Shown: in pieces, positions 52,203 to 62,004 of the stretch
How the letters are laid out: each line of letters opens with the position of its first letter
Position numbering within the stretch: position 1 is the stretch's first letter
DNA from: Bacteroidia bacterium
GTDB taxonomy: Bacteria > Bacteroidota > Bacteroidia > Bacteroidales > Paludibacteraceae
Direction of reading: 5' to 3'
Length of the DNA stretch: 64,000 nucleotides
NCBI GenBank assembly: GCA_009929445.1
Contig: SAAL01000001.1
Coordinates: 13,885-77,884, forward strand
Position numbers and translations under genes: made by a program
The notes under the pieces: model-generated
Database searches by the model: none
What the model was told of the DNA's origin: nothing
The model's input: the letters and a program-made list of their open reading frames with translations, nothing else

Positions 52203-52833
52203 CGGTAGCTTTTCTCTTATAAAAATACGTTTTCCCTTCTTTTTTTACATCGAAGGTGTAAATTTCATCGTCTTTCTGGTTTTCGAAAAAGCACAGCAGT
52301 CCAAAATCACCTCCGCAAAACAATCCGTGAAGTCCGAACAGGATCATGAAAAAATAATACAGCGGCTGTCCGTAAAAGAAAATGGCTCCTGCAAGCGATA
52401 CAAAACCAACTACAACAGCCGGAGCAAGTGCTACGAACATGAACTGTTTGTAATTCAATACTTTTTTGTCGGCTTGTACATAAAACATGAATTTTCTCAG
52501 GTTCATCCCGAACGAAAGTTTTTTTGCCCCGACCAGCAGGTATGCAATGGCATGCAGCAGTTCGTGCAGGACAATCAGAACAGTAAATGAGAACAGAACA
52601 CCCATTCCCAACCCTTCGAGCGACGCGGTATCACGCCGTGTCATGTACGGAGCAAACGCCTTTATCAATGCGAAACCGACAAGCAGAAGCCCTATGCCCT
52701 GATACATCTTGGCTATCAGCCCCCAACCCTGATTTCCTGCAATTTCACGGCGGAGAAATGGTTTGAGGTTCGAATGCTCAATTACCTCAATTTGTTCGAA
52801 AGAAGGATTGTTTAGAAGTTCTAAGTATTTCAT
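52144..52833 (-). CDS. DUF3267 membrane protein (putative zincin, HELLHA)
   Basis: 229-aa ORF with TM helices and LHELLHAIAY. The last ~20 codons (GPQPPEGGILEGMKNYNIY) come from a repeat unit plus element interior. Confidence 0.6.
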   Translation of the reverse strand: MKYLELLNNPSFEQIEVIEHSNLKPFLRREIAGNQGWGLIAKMYQGIGLLLVGFALIKAFAPYMTRRDTASLEGLGMGVLFSFTVLIVLHELLHAIAYLLVGAKKLSFGMNLRKFMFYVQADKKVLNYKQFMFVALAPAVVVGFVSLAGAIFFYGQPLYYFFMILFGLHGLFCGGDFGLLCFFENQKDDEIYTFDVKKEGKTYFYKRKATGPQPPEGGILEGMKNYNIY

Positions 52834-52880
52834 TGTAATCGTGTTTCGAAAAATATTAAATGATCCTCACGGAATCTTAA

Positions 52881-52946
52881 AGTCCCCCAAGGGGGACCTG
52901 CCTGCCGCCCCGACAGGTCGGGATAAACCAGGCAGGTTTAGGGGGC
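52881..52946 (-). repeat. GC-rich repeat unit with a nested extra hairpin, solo
   Basis: AGTCCCCCAAGGGGGAC + CTGCCTGCCGCCCCGACAGGTCGGGATAAACCAGGCAG + GTTTAGGGGGC. It lies between the DUF3267 gene start and the PNP gene stop. Confidence 0.7.
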
Positions 52947-52949
52947 TTA

Positions 52950-53762
52950 TTATATCTCCGCCACCAGTTCCATCATAATTTTCGTCATCAGCGGTTGCGC
53001 GGCGTTGCCAATTTGCTGAACTTCTTCGTGCGAAACTTCCACAATTTTTCCTTCCACTCCCAGATCGGTGATGATGGACATCCCAAAAACTTTCATTCCT
53101 GCATGGTTGGCTACAATTACTTCAGGAACAGTACTCATTCCAACTGCATCACCGCCAATGATTTTAAAGTATTTATACTCAGCCGGCGTTTCGAAAGTTG
53201 GTCCCTGAGTGCCCACATACACGCCTTCCACTACCCGGATGTTGTTGCGTTTGGCAATGGCTTTTGCTTTAGCGATGAATTCACGGTTGTAGGCTTCGCT
53301 CATATCGGGGAAGCGTACGCCGAGCTCCTTGTAATTTTTTCCGTGCAGCGGATGTTCCGGGAAGACATTGATGTGGTCGGTAATTATCATCAGATCACCG
53401 ATTTCAAAGTCGGCATTCATGCCTCCGGCGGCATTCGAAACCATCAGATTTTCAATTCCCAATGCTTTCATTACACGTACCGGAAATGTTACCTGTTTCA
53501 TGTCGTATCCTTCATAGTAATGGAAACGTCCCTGCATGGCAAGCACATCAACATCACCGAGTTTTCCGAAGATGAGTTTTCCGCTGTGACCTTCAACGGT
53601 CGATACCGGGAAATTCGGGATGTTTTCGTACGGAATTTCCTGTTTGTCGGTTATTTGTGTCACTAAATTGCCCAGGCCGGTTCCCAGAATAATGCCGGTT
53701 TTGGGAAGTACTTGTACCTTTGATTTGATAAAATCAGCGGTTTCCTGAATTTTTGCTAACAT
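52950..53762 (-). CDS. purine nucleoside phosphorylase (trimeric PNP family)
   Basis: 270-aa ORF with [30 protein letters not shown] and VGMSTVPE. Confidence 0.9.
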   Translation of the reverse strand: MLAKIQETADFIKSKVQVLPKTGIILGTGLGNLVTQITDKQEIPYENIPNFPVSTVEGHSGKLIFGKLGDVDVLAMQGRFHYYEGYDMKQVTFPVRVMKALGIENLMVSNAAGGMNADFEIGDLMIITDHINVFPEHPLHGKNYKELGVRFPDMSEAYNREFIAKAKAIAKRNNIRVVEGVYVGTQGPTFETPAEYKYFKIIGGDAVGMSTVPEVIVANHAGMKVFGMSIITDLGVEGKIVEVSHEEVQQIGNAAQPLMTKIMMELVAEI

Positions 53763-54810
53763 AATCTTGAATTTTTTGGATAAATTTATCTTGTTCGTTG
53801 TTTGATATTTTCACTTCTAAAGGCATTGCATAGAGGTTTTTCTTTAGCTTTTCAGTGAGATATGGATTTGACTTTAAGCGCGCTGCGTCCTTCTCGGTAG
53901 TAAGAATTATTTTGAATCCAGTCATTTTTTCAAATTCTTTTTCAATATCGTTCAGTTCATTTTTTGAAAAATCATGATGATCCGGAAAAAATTTTGTCGT
54001 GATTTTCGTGGTGAAATTCTTCAGATAATTCAGCAAGGGAGTTGGGCTCACAATGCCTGTAACCAGCAAAATGGCCATTCCCTCCGCTGTTTTTTCTAAT
54101 GACAAGTTTTTACCTTCCGAAAAAACCGGATAAATATTTCCGTACTCAAACCTGGAGAAAAACAACTGCTGATGTGTTGCCGGGTTTAATTTTCGCTCAA
54201 TTTTGCTGAATTCCTCGAGTTGGATTTCATCGGGACATTTTGTTACCACGATGATATCCGCCCGGTTGCTGTTATTTTTATGCTCGCGCAGGTTGCCATA
54301 AGGCAGTATAAAATCATCTGCATACAATGCGGAGTAATCGGTCAGTAAAACGGACAGTCCGGCTTTTACATGACGGTGCTGATACGCGTCATCGAGTATA
54401 ATCGCTTTAATTTCAGGGCATTGCTCCATGAGCCGTCCGATTCCCCGCACACGTTTTTCGTCCACTGCTACTGTCACCTCCGGAAATTTGCTGAAAATCT
54501 GAAATGACTCGTCGCCTATGGTTTTGGCGGTGCTTTCTTTTCCGGCAAGAACAAAACCCTTTGTCGCACGTTTGTATCCGCGGCTTAATACAGCAATCTT
54601 AATGTTTTTGCTTAATTGTTGTATAATAAATTCAGTGTGCGGCGTTTTTCCTGTGCCCCCCACTGCCAGATTTCCAATGCTGATAACCGGTATCTCAAAT
54701 GATTTTGATTTCAGAATACCGCGGTCAAACATTCGGTTTCGAATTTCAGTGACTATTCCATAAAGGAACGAAAAAATATTAAAAACGATATTTTTATCCG
54801 GTTTTACCAT
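53734..54810 (-). CDS. lpxK: tetraacyldisaccharide 4'-kinase
   Basis: 358-aa ORF with [12 protein letters not shown]. It has a 29-nt overlap with the PNP gene start. Confidence 0.85.
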   Translation of the reverse strand: MVKPDKNIVFNIFSFLYGIVTEIRNRMFDRGILKSKSFEIPVISIGNLAVGGTGKTPHTEFIIQQLSKNIKIAVLSRGYKRATKGFVLAGKESTAKTIGDESFQIFSKFPEVTVAVDEKRVRGIGRLMEQCPEIKAIILDDAYQHRHVKAGLSVLLTDYSALYADDFILPYGNLREHKNNSNRADIIVVTKCPDEIQLEEFSKIERKLNPATHQQLFFSRFEYGNIYPVFSEGKNLSLEKTAEGMAILLVTGIVSPTPLLNYLKNFTTKITTKFFPDHHDFSKNELNDIEKEFEKMTGFKIILTTEKDAARLKSNPYLTEKLKKNLYAMPLEVKISNNEQDKFIQKIQDYVSKNSGNR

Positions 54811-54931
54811 TGTATCTACAAAGATAAAAAATGTTTTCGTATTTTGAACGAGGTATAGGGTGGTGAGAACTGAGTTTTCTGAAATTCAGTTTTATAAGTT
54901 CGCAGATTGGATTTTCGGCTTGATACAAATA

Positions 54932-54964
54932 GAAAGGTATCGCAAACATGCTGCGATACCTTTC
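54932..54964 (-). terminator. Hairpin downstream of sppA (putative terminator)
   Basis: GAAAGGTATCGCA aacatgc TGCGATACCTTTC, a 13-bp stem. Confidence 0.5.
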
Positions 54965-54989
54965 TTTGAATGATTTTCAAGTCTCCGTA

Positions 54990-56753
54990 TTAGTTCAGCG
55001 TGATATTCACGGGCATCAGTGCCTGAATTCCGTTGAAGTATTTGGCTTGTTCAATTTGTTTGAGCAGTCGGTAGTTTTCGTCTCCGAGCCTGGATTTCAG
55101 TATTTTGGTTTCTACCGTGGAGTTCATGTCTTTGAACAGACGAGTCATGATATCTTCTTTGGCGGGGAATTCTTTTACCATGTAATTTTCCAGTTTTGCT
55201 TTTCCGGCGGCTATTTTTATGGCATCGCCGAGTCCTCCGAGTTTGTCCACCAATCCTATTCTCATTGCATCTTCACCGGTCCATACACGCCCTTCGGCAA
55301 TGGCTTTCAGCGAGTCGATATTCATTCCGCGGCCGTCGGCACAGCGCTTTGTGAAGAGCTCATAACCACGGTTGATGTAACTTTGCATCAGATTACGCTC
55401 ATCGGGTGTGAATGAGCGGTTCAGAGAGATGGCATCGCTCATTTTGTTCGTTTTCACCCCGTCGTGTGTCAGACCGATTTTTTTGTTCAGTCCTTCAATA
55501 TTCGGAATGGTTCCGAAAATTCCTATCGAACCGGTCAGTGTATTTGGCTGTGCAATGATGCTGTCGGCAGCGCACGAGATGTAGTAACCGCCCGAAGCTG
55601 CATAGTCGCCCATAGAAACGATTACCGGTTTCACTTTTTTCAGTTCGGTAATCGCGTGCCATATTTGTTCCGATCCGTAAGCACTGCCGCCCGGTGAATT
55701 TACCCGGAAAACCACGGCTTTGACAGATTTTTCATCTTTCACTTCGTTGATGGTTTCTACCAGGTCTTCGGAAGTAATTTCGTCAGTCTGACCCATGTCA
55801 ATGCCTCCCACGCCGTAGATAACTGCAACTTTTTGTTTTTGCATTTTTTCAGAGTGAGGTACTTTGTTCATATCGGAGTGCGAAATAAAATGAATGTCCT
55901 TGAAATCTTCCTGTTTTGTGAGTTTTTTGAATACTTCATTCATGCCATCGGAATACACAAGCGAGTCAACCAGCTTATTTTTCAGTGCCATTTCGGTTGG
56001 TTGAAAAGTCATCATAGCATCGGCGTACCTGTTGAGCGAGTCCACGGGGATGTTGCGCGATTGAGAAATTTCTGTCAGCACATTTTTCCAGATGGAGTTG
56101 ATAAAAACGGTTACCTGCTCCTTGTTGGCTTCACTCATTTTGGTGTCAATGTAAGGCTCTACGGCAGATTTGTAGGTTCCCACTTTTACTATTTGCATTT
56201 CCACACCTAATTTATCGAGCGTATTTTTGAAGAAAGTGGTGTTGGCAGCAATTCCCTGAAACTCAAGCATTCCCTGCGTGTTCAGATACACTTTGTCGGC
56301 TATGGAAGAGAGGTAGTAGTTTTTCTGACTGTATGTATCGGCGTAAGCCACAATAAACTTACCCGATTGCCTGAAATCGGCCAAAGCGTCACGTATTTCC
56401 TTGACAGAGGCATAGCCACCTGTCAGCATGCCGCCTTTGAGATATATTCCCTTTATGTTTTCATCGGCTTTCGCTTTGCGGATGTTGGCCAGCACATCAT
56501 CCAGCCCGATGATTTTAGCTGCGTCCTGTCCGAATGCATTTGAGAAAATCTCGGTGAACGGATCGTCTTTTGAACGTTCAATCAGCTGACCGTTCAACTC
56601 AAGTTCATAAACAGAATTAGGCTGTATTTTTACAACTTTTTCTGCAGAACCGGCTATAGCTCCGATTATTCCAAACATCAATAGCATTCCGATAACGGAT
56701 GTAATGATAATGCCAACAATTGTGGCCAGAGTAAATTTAAGAAATTGTTTCAT
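54990..56753 (-). CDS. sppA: signal peptide peptidase SppA, 67K type
   Basis: 587-aa ORF with an N-terminal TM helix and two S49 domains (SPGGSAYGSE, AASGGYYISCAADSI). Confidence 0.9.
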   Translation of the reverse strand: MKQFLKFTLATIVGIIITSVIGMLLMFGIIGAIAGSAEKVVKIQPNSVYELELNGQLIERSKDDPFTEIFSNAFGQDAAKIIGLDDVLANIRKAKADENIKGIYLKGGMLTGGYASVKEIRDALADFRQSGKFIVAYADTYSQKNYYLSSIADKVYLNTQGMLEFQGIAANTTFFKNTLDKLGVEMQIVKVGTYKSAVEPYIDTKMSEANKEQVTVFINSIWKNVLTEISQSRNIPVDSLNRYADAMMTFQPTEMALKNKLVDSLVYSDGMNEVFKKLTKQEDFKDIHFISHSDMNKVPHSEKMQKQKVAVIYGVGGIDMGQTDEITSEDLVETINEVKDEKSVKAVVFRVNSPGGSAYGSEQIWHAITELKKVKPVIVSMGDYAASGGYYISCAADSIIAQPNTLTGSIGIFGTIPNIEGLNKKIGLTHDGVKTNKMSDAISLNRSFTPDERNLMQSYINRGYELFTKRCADGRGMNIDSLKAIAEGRVWTGEDAMRIGLVDKLGGLGDAIKIAAGKAKLENYMVKEFPAKEDIMTRLFKDMNSTVETKILKSRLGDENYRLLKQIEQAKYFNGIQALMPVNITLN

Positions 56754-56850
56754 AGGTTTTGTGTTTCAATAATTGATGGTGCAAAGAAACGAAAAAAAAG
56801 GGAAATTAAGTTGTTTAGTAACAAATATCAACCGAAAAACATTGATTTTC

Positions 56851-57147
56851 TCAGAGATGCGACAGGAGTGTTCTCAGAAGTGTTTGTTTGTCGGTTCCGC
56901 CGGGTTGCCTCCACACGATTTGGCCGTTTTTGAAAATGACAAATGTAGGTACAGCCTGAATCTGGTATTTGGCAGCCAGCAGCTGATTTTTATCCACATC
57001 TATTTTCAGTACACGTGCTTTGCCCTGCACTTCTTTGCCCACTTGCTCTATGATGGGCGACATGGCTTTGCACGGACCGCACCAGGTAGCGTAAAAGTCT
57101 ATCAGAACGGGTTTCCCGGAATTAATTATATCGTTGAATGTTTCCAT
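56851..57147 (-). CDS. trxA: thioredoxin
   Basis: 98-aa ORF with the WCGPCK active site. Confidence 0.9.
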   Translation of the reverse strand: METFNDIINSGKPVLIDFYATWCGPCKAMSPIIEQVGKEVQGKARVLKIDVDKNQLLAAKYQIQAVPTFVIFKNGQIVWRQPGGTDKQTLLRTLLSHL

Positions 57148-57160
57148 GAAAGTATGATAT

Positions 57161-57194
57161 AAGAAAAAGGGAAGACGAACTTTCCGTCCTCCCT
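57161..57194 (-). terminator. Intrinsic terminator after the hsp20 gene
   Basis: Stem AGGGAAGACG / CGTCCTCCCT pairs at 9 of 10 positions. On the minus strand it is followed by TTTTCTT. Confidence 0.6.
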
Positions 57195-57213
57195 TTAACA
57201 GTTAGAAATTCAG

Positions 57214-57648
57214 TTACTTAATCTCAATAGCCCGTGGAGCTTTCGGTTTGGCTTCTTCTTTTTTCGGAATTGAAACAGTCAGAATACCTTTGTCGTATAC
57301 GGCTTCCACTTTGTCGCCATCAGCGGTAAGTGGTAAACTGAACGAACGGCTGAACGACTGATAGCTGAACTCGCGTTTTGTGTAACGTTCGCTTTCGTCT
57401 TTGGTTTCGTTTTCAGTTTGTTTTTCAGACGAAACCGTCAGCACATCGTTGTGAACTTCAATTTTGAAGTCAGTTTTATCAAATCCCGGTGCAGCTACTT
57501 CAATGCTGAATTCGTTGTCACTTTCTTTCACATTTACCGAAGGTAATGTTGTGTTTGTTCTGGAATAGTTTTTTGAAGTCCAGTCGAATAAATCGGTGTC
57601 GAAAAAACGGTCAATCAACGGATTGCCTGTAAATCTTACGAGTGTCAT
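57214..57648 (-). CDS. Hsp20/alpha-crystallin small heat-shock protein
   Basis: 144-aa ORF with an alpha-crystallin domain (FSIEVAAPGFDKTDFKIEV ... GILTVSIPK). Confidence 0.9.
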   Translation of the reverse strand: MTLVRFTGNPLIDRFFDTDLFDWTSKNYSRTNTTLPSVNVKESDNEFSIEVAAPGFDKTDFKIEVHNDVLTVSSEKQTENETKDESERYTKREFSYQSFSRSFSLPLTADGDKVEAVYDKGILTVSIPKKEEAKPKAPRAIEIK

Positions 57649-57854
57649 AGTTGTTTTCCTTTCTTATTTTTTAGTTTGTTTAATGATTTGTTTTTTTTGT
57701 CTTACGACCTCATTAATACAAATAAAATACCAACAGGAAAAAACTGACAAAATGGCATGTTTGAAAACGAATATTATTATTCCAAATAGTTAAACGCTGT
57801 TTCCAATGCCGAGGATCCCTTTTGTGAGTATGACAAAATGACCGATATATTTTT

Positions 57855-59522
57855 TTAATACGTAAAACTGCTACCGCCTACAAATTCGCGCAGGAGCGAT
57901 GTGGGTGGAATTTCGCTGTCGTTGATGGCTACAAAGTAACGCAAAAACCGCAGCAACCGGTGAGTTTCGGTATATTCATCGCAATATTTCGGCACTTGTT
58001 CCAGGATGGGCATTACGTGACGTTTTAGCACGGCAAGTTCAAAAATCAGTGCCGAGTTGAACATGATGTCGGCATTTTCCTGGAAAGGGAAAATCCATTT
58101 GTCCTCTCCTTTACGCACGCTGCTCCATCGTCCGATGGTATCGCGGGCTGAGTATCCGCGGTAATGGTAGTCGCGGATGATGCGTCTCAGCAAACGGGTG
58201 TCGGCTGTGGGTATCCAGTTGTGTTCGTCGATGGAAATGGTGGTGAGTGCCGATACGTATATTTTGAACAAAGCTTCCGGCGGAATGCTTTTGGTGAGTT
58301 CCGGATTGAGTGCATGGATGCCCTCCAGGATGAGGAGCGTATCTTTTTCCAGTTTCAGCTTTTCGCCTTTGAAATATCGTTTTCCGCTTTCGAAGTTAAA
58401 AAACGGCAGTTCGATTTCTTCTCCGGCAATTAATTGCTGCATCTGGAGGTGAAAAAAATCGAGGTCGAGTGCATAGAGCGATTCAAAGTCCCAGTCGCCG
58501 TTTTCATCGCGGGGAGTAGCTTCTCGATCCACAAAGTAATTGTCGAGCGATATGCTTTTGGGTATGAGTCCGCTCACCATCAGCTGCACGGACAATCGTT
58601 TGCTGAAAGTGGTTTTACCCGACGATGAAGGCCCCGAAATCAGTATGACTTTCACCTCGGGCCGGGCTTGTATCATATCGGCTATCGATGCTACTTTTTT
58701 CTCGTGCAGCGCTTCGGCAATTTTTATCAAATCAAAAGCACGGTTATCCAGGCAGGCTTTATTGAATGCGCCGACTGAATTAAGCCCCATAATTTTATTC
58801 CAGCTCAGAAACTCTTTGAAAATCTCAAACATTTTCGGTTGTTGCACCATTTCCTCGAGGTCAACCGGATTTTCTCTGTCGGGTACCTGCAGCAGCATTC
58901 CGTCGTAGTAGGGTATCAGGTTGAACACATCCAGATATCCGGTAGAGGGCAGCAGGATGCTTGTGTAATAATCGATGAATTTTCCGATGCGGTAATAGCG
59001 CAGGTAGGGCTCAGCCAGGCTGTCGAAAAGCGAATCTTTCGAAGTGTTGTTGTTGCCGTTTCGGAATAATTCCTTTACTTGTTCGGTTTGTTTTTCTTCC
59101 AGAATCACAGGTTCATTGCTGTTAATGATTTCCTGCATTTTCGTTTTTATACTGTTAACGACTTCCGAAGTAACCGGTTGATCTGAATTTTCAAAGTTAC
59201 AATAATATCCTTTGGAGATGGGGTGCTCAATCCGGATAACTGAATGTGGAAAAAGCTCCGAAACTGCTTTTGAAAGCACCATAGAGAGTGTTCGAACGTA
59301 AACACGCATGCCCGATGAAGTGCCGCTGTCGATAAATTCAATGTCTTTCGGTTTGTAGATTAAAAAATTCAGGTCTTCTACCTTGTAATTTACCCGGGCA
59401 GCAACCACTTTGTATTTTAGCGTGATATTCAGCGAATTGTATATTTCAAGCAATGATGTGCCCAATGGGAAGGAATGGTAATCCTGCGTGTTTTTGCAAT
59501 AGATGACGACGGTTTTTTTCAT
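57855..59522 (-). CDS. nucleoside/uridine kinase-family protein with an N-terminal TGS-like domain
   Basis: I prefer ATG 59522 (MKKTVVIYCKN...). It has the P-loop GPSSSGKTT and a PRK/uridine-kinase-like C-half. Confidence 0.65.
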   Translation of the reverse strand: MKKTVVIYCKNTQDYHSFPLGTSLLEIYNSLNITLKYKVVAARVNYKVEDLNFLIYKPKDIEFIDSGTSSGMRVYVRTLSMVLSKAVSELFPHSVIRIEHPISKGYYCNFENSDQPVTSEVVNSIKTKMQEIINSNEPVILEEKQTEQVKELFRNGNNNTSKDSLFDSLAEPYLRYYRIGKFIDYYTSILLPSTGYLDVFNLIPYYDGMLLQVPDRENPVDLEEMVQQPKMFEIFKEFLSWNKIMGLNSVGAFNKACLDNRAFDLIKIAEALHEKKVASIADMIQARPEVKVILISGPSSSGKTTFSKRLSVQLMVSGLIPKSISLDNYFVDREATPRDENGDWDFESLYALDLDFFHLQMQQLIAGEEIELPFFNFESGKRYFKGEKLKLEKDTLLILEGIHALNPELTKSIPPEALFKIYVSALTTISIDEHNWIPTADTRLLRRIIRDYHYRGYSARDTIGRWSSVRKGEDKWIFPFQENADIMFNSALIFELAVLKRHVMPILEQVPKYCDEYTETHRLLRFLRYFVAINDSEIPPTSLLREFVGGSSFTY

Positions 59523-59668
59523 AAAAAAAAAGTGATTTGTTTTTTCGAATCCGACTGTCTGTGAATCGTTCGGTTGAGTTTCGTTTTTGCACATAATAAT
59601 AATTCCACCACAAAGTTAGTGGAATTATTATAAAAAGAGTTGATCCTGGAAGTCAATTACTTTTTTTG

Positions 59669-60961
59669 CTATTTATCCAGCTGTTTTTTGATTTTGTTGA
59701 TAGCGTTTTCGATGGATTTATCGGGTTCAATTATGTTGTATTCTCCCCAAAACTCGGGATCCGAAAATCCCGATGCTTCATTTTGAATCACTACAGTAGG
59801 ATTAATTCGGTCTTTGGAGCGGAAAGTTCTTCTGTCCATATCGTCCGACCAATCGGTGGCAGCCATTTCGATGATTGAATTGTAATAGGTGTTTAAAAGC
59901 CGTTTTCTCCAGTCAATTTTCAATCCCAGATCAATGCGGCTGTAAGAGTAATACCATAAATCGTCCATTAACCGGTATTCAATCAGATAGTGTGCCTTGT
60001 AGGTGCTCACTTTGGCGTTGAGCGGTTTTTTGCGCACAAATATCCGGGTAGCTTCATCGTTGTTTGTCAGGTCCATGTCAAATTCGGCCCTTGCCAGTGC
60101 GTAAGTTTCGGCATCAATATACAGCTGGCCGTAAAACAAAGGTTCCACAATGTGTCTGAGTTGTTTGAAGTCAATCACATAAACAATACGATCGTTTATC
60201 TGGTCTGTTTTGAGGAACTTAAATTCATAATTTTCAAAAATATTTTCCGAAAAAATATAATCCGGATAACGCATTACATCCAGATAGATATTATTGAAAG
60301 GCCCTCCCATCAGTTTGAAAACCAACGTATCGAGTTTATTGTAATCAGTGCTTTTGCGGGATTTATACAGTGATGCCATATCGTGCAGGCTGCTGTTGTA
60401 AGCCCGTTTGTACACTTCGGTAATGGCTTCCGAAAGTGATACGTTCGTGTTTCTCTTTTTGATAATCTCACGGTAGAATGCCGTCATCATCATGTCTTTG
60501 TTGCTGTAATTCTTGTCCTTGTTTTCCATCATTTTCCGGATGATTGACTCCGGGTCTTTTGATATGACTTCAAGCGGTGGAAGTGTAAACTGGAGTGGCC
60601 TCATCGAGTATTTGTTTCCACGAGGCATCATTGCTGCCAGCGGAATACGCAGATTTTCGTACCCGAGAAATGAAACCAGTACGTTTTTGTCCATTTCTGA
60701 TTTTGGTACTTTGAGCAAAAACTCACCATCCGCATTGGTTACGGTAGAGATATTTGTTTTCTCAACCGAAAGCACTGCGTAAGGCATTTTGTCGCCTTTT
60801 TCACCTGTAATTACACCTGAAAATACATTTATAGCAGTATCCTGCAACTGTGAAAATGGTTTATTTTCAGCTTTTAGGGCCTGATATCCGATAAAAAAAA
60901 CAAACAGAACGCAGTATGTTTTCGCGAGATTTGTCATTTGAATTGATCGAATTGATTTCAT
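59669..60961 (-). CDS. carboxypeptidase-regulatory-like domain protein (secreted)
   Basis: 430-aa ORF with a signal peptide and GVITGEKGDKMPYAVLSVEKTNISTVTNADGEFLLKVP, typical of CarboxypepD_reg. Confidence 0.5.
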   Translation of the reverse strand: MKSIRSIQMTNLAKTYCVLFVFFIGYQALKAENKPFSQLQDTAINVFSGVITGEKGDKMPYAVLSVEKTNISTVTNADGEFLLKVPKSEMDKNVLVSFLGYENLRIPLAAMMPRGNKYSMRPLQFTLPPLEVISKDPESIIRKMMENKDKNYSNKDMMMTAFYREIIKKRNTNVSLSEAITEVYKRAYNSSLHDMASLYKSRKSTDYNKLDTLVFKLMGGPFNNIYLDVMRYPDYIFSENIFENYEFKFLKTDQINDRIVYVIDFKQLRHIVEPLFYGQLYIDAETYALARAEFDMDLTNNDEATRIFVRKKPLNAKVSTYKAHYLIEYRLMDDLWYYSYSRIDLGLKIDWRKRLLNTYYNSIIEMAATDWSDDMDRRTFRSKDRINPTVVIQNEASGFSDPEFWGEYNIIEPDKSIENAINKIKKQLDK

Positions 60962-61064
60962 GATTGTGTATTTTGTTAAAAAAGTCAGATTAAAGTTGTT
61001 TTTTTTATTTGTAAAATTTCATTCCATAATACAAAACAAACATACGGATAAAATGTTGAAAGTA

Positions 61065-61790
61065 TTATTCCCAAAGTTTATGAAGCACCTCCACCGAGTG
61101 AAGTGTTTGAAAATCAGGCAGGTGAATTTTGTAATATTCAATGAAATAATTCAGCATCTCACCCCTTTGTTTTCTTGTCATGGGCAGTTGGCTCAGCATG
61201 CTGTAATCCATCATCGTTAGTTTTCTGAAAACATCCCCTGTTTCGGGTATCAGATAATGTGTGTGAGCCGGTTTGCTATATTCAAAAACACCGTTCAACA
61301 GATCAAAGTACTGAGCAGTTGGAGCTTCTGTTGTATCGGGTAAAAATCCAAGCCGCCCGGCAAGCTGCGCCATGAAAACCAGGTGAAAATTGCCCACGCC
61401 CTCATCACATTCATCCAGCCTGCAGACCGACGATTCGATGAAAAAGTACAAATTTTCGTCACATTCCGAATGTTTCAGCGTTTTTTGCAGCAATTCAGTC
61501 ATAAACAGCGCCAGCCCATTCTTCACCGGATCATACGGAATGTGATAAAAAGGAATGGCTATCCGCATATCCTTAATGGTCTGAATATCCTTCTTCGGAT
61601 TGTGAGATACATCAATTTCCACGATAGAAAGCGGTTGAAGCAGAGCCGAACGAGTGGCTGATTTCTTCCGGTTCGCACCACGCACCATATAGGACATTCG
61701 CCCGAATTCCCGCGTATAAATACTAACAATGCTCTGACTGTCCGAGTATTTTACTTGATGAAGTATGATGCCTGTGGTTTTTGCCTGCAT
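61065..61790 (-). CDS. recO: DNA repair protein RecO
   Basis: 241-aa ORF. N-terminal OB-fold pattern GIILHQVKYSDSQSIVSIYTREFGRMSYMVRG. Confidence 0.75.
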   Translation of the reverse strand: MQAKTTGIILHQVKYSDSQSIVSIYTREFGRMSYMVRGANRKKSATRSALLQPLSIVEIDVSHNPKKDIQTIKDMRIAIPFYHIPYDPVKNGLALFMTELLQKTLKHSECDENLYFFIESSVCRLDECDEGVGNFHLVFMAQLAGRLGFLPDTTEAPTAQYFDLLNGVFEYSKPAHTHYLIPETGDVFRKLTMMDYSMLSQLPMTRKQRGEMLNYFIEYYKIHLPDFQTLHSVEVLHKLWE

Positions 61791-61876
61791 AGTTCTATTC
61801 TTTCACAAATTTAATGAATTAAGCTGACAATACTTATTCTTTCCAATTTAAATTTCTATAAAAAATTCATTTTCAC

Positions 61877-61884
61877 TATCTTTG
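61877..61884 (+). promoter_or_regulatory. -7 box (TAnnTTTG) for valS
   Basis: TATCTTTG, 121 nt upstream of ATG 62005. This implies a long, repeat-rich leader. Confidence 0.4.
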
Positions 61885-61893
61885 CGCTTTTAA

Positions 61894-61921
61894 AAATCAG
61901 AAATCAGAAATCAGAAATCAG
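61894..61921 (+). repeat. Tandem 7-bp repeat (AAATCAG x4) in the valS leader
   Basis: aaatcag aaatcag aaatcag aaatcag, then aatttctga, which completes the palindrome TCAGAAAT/ATTTCTGA. Confidence 0.8.
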
Positions 61922-62004
61922 AATTTCTGAAAGAATAAACTGTGATTGTAAAATTCTGATTTACAATTCACTACAAACTATTAACTGCTTACTATAAACT
62001 AAAC

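Noticed and set aside
52768-52778. GGTTCGAAT string resembling a tRNA T-arm.
   Set aside because: It lies inside the DUF3267 coding sequence. No acceptor, D or anticodon arms can be drawn around it. I found no convincing tRNA elsewhere in the window.
54819-54826. TATCTTTG box (minus strand) only 9 nt from the lpxK ATG, suggesting a leaderless mRNA.
   Set aside because: It is a single 8-mer match in AT-rich DNA, and lpxK may be co-transcribed with sppA read-through. This is too speculative to report as a feature.
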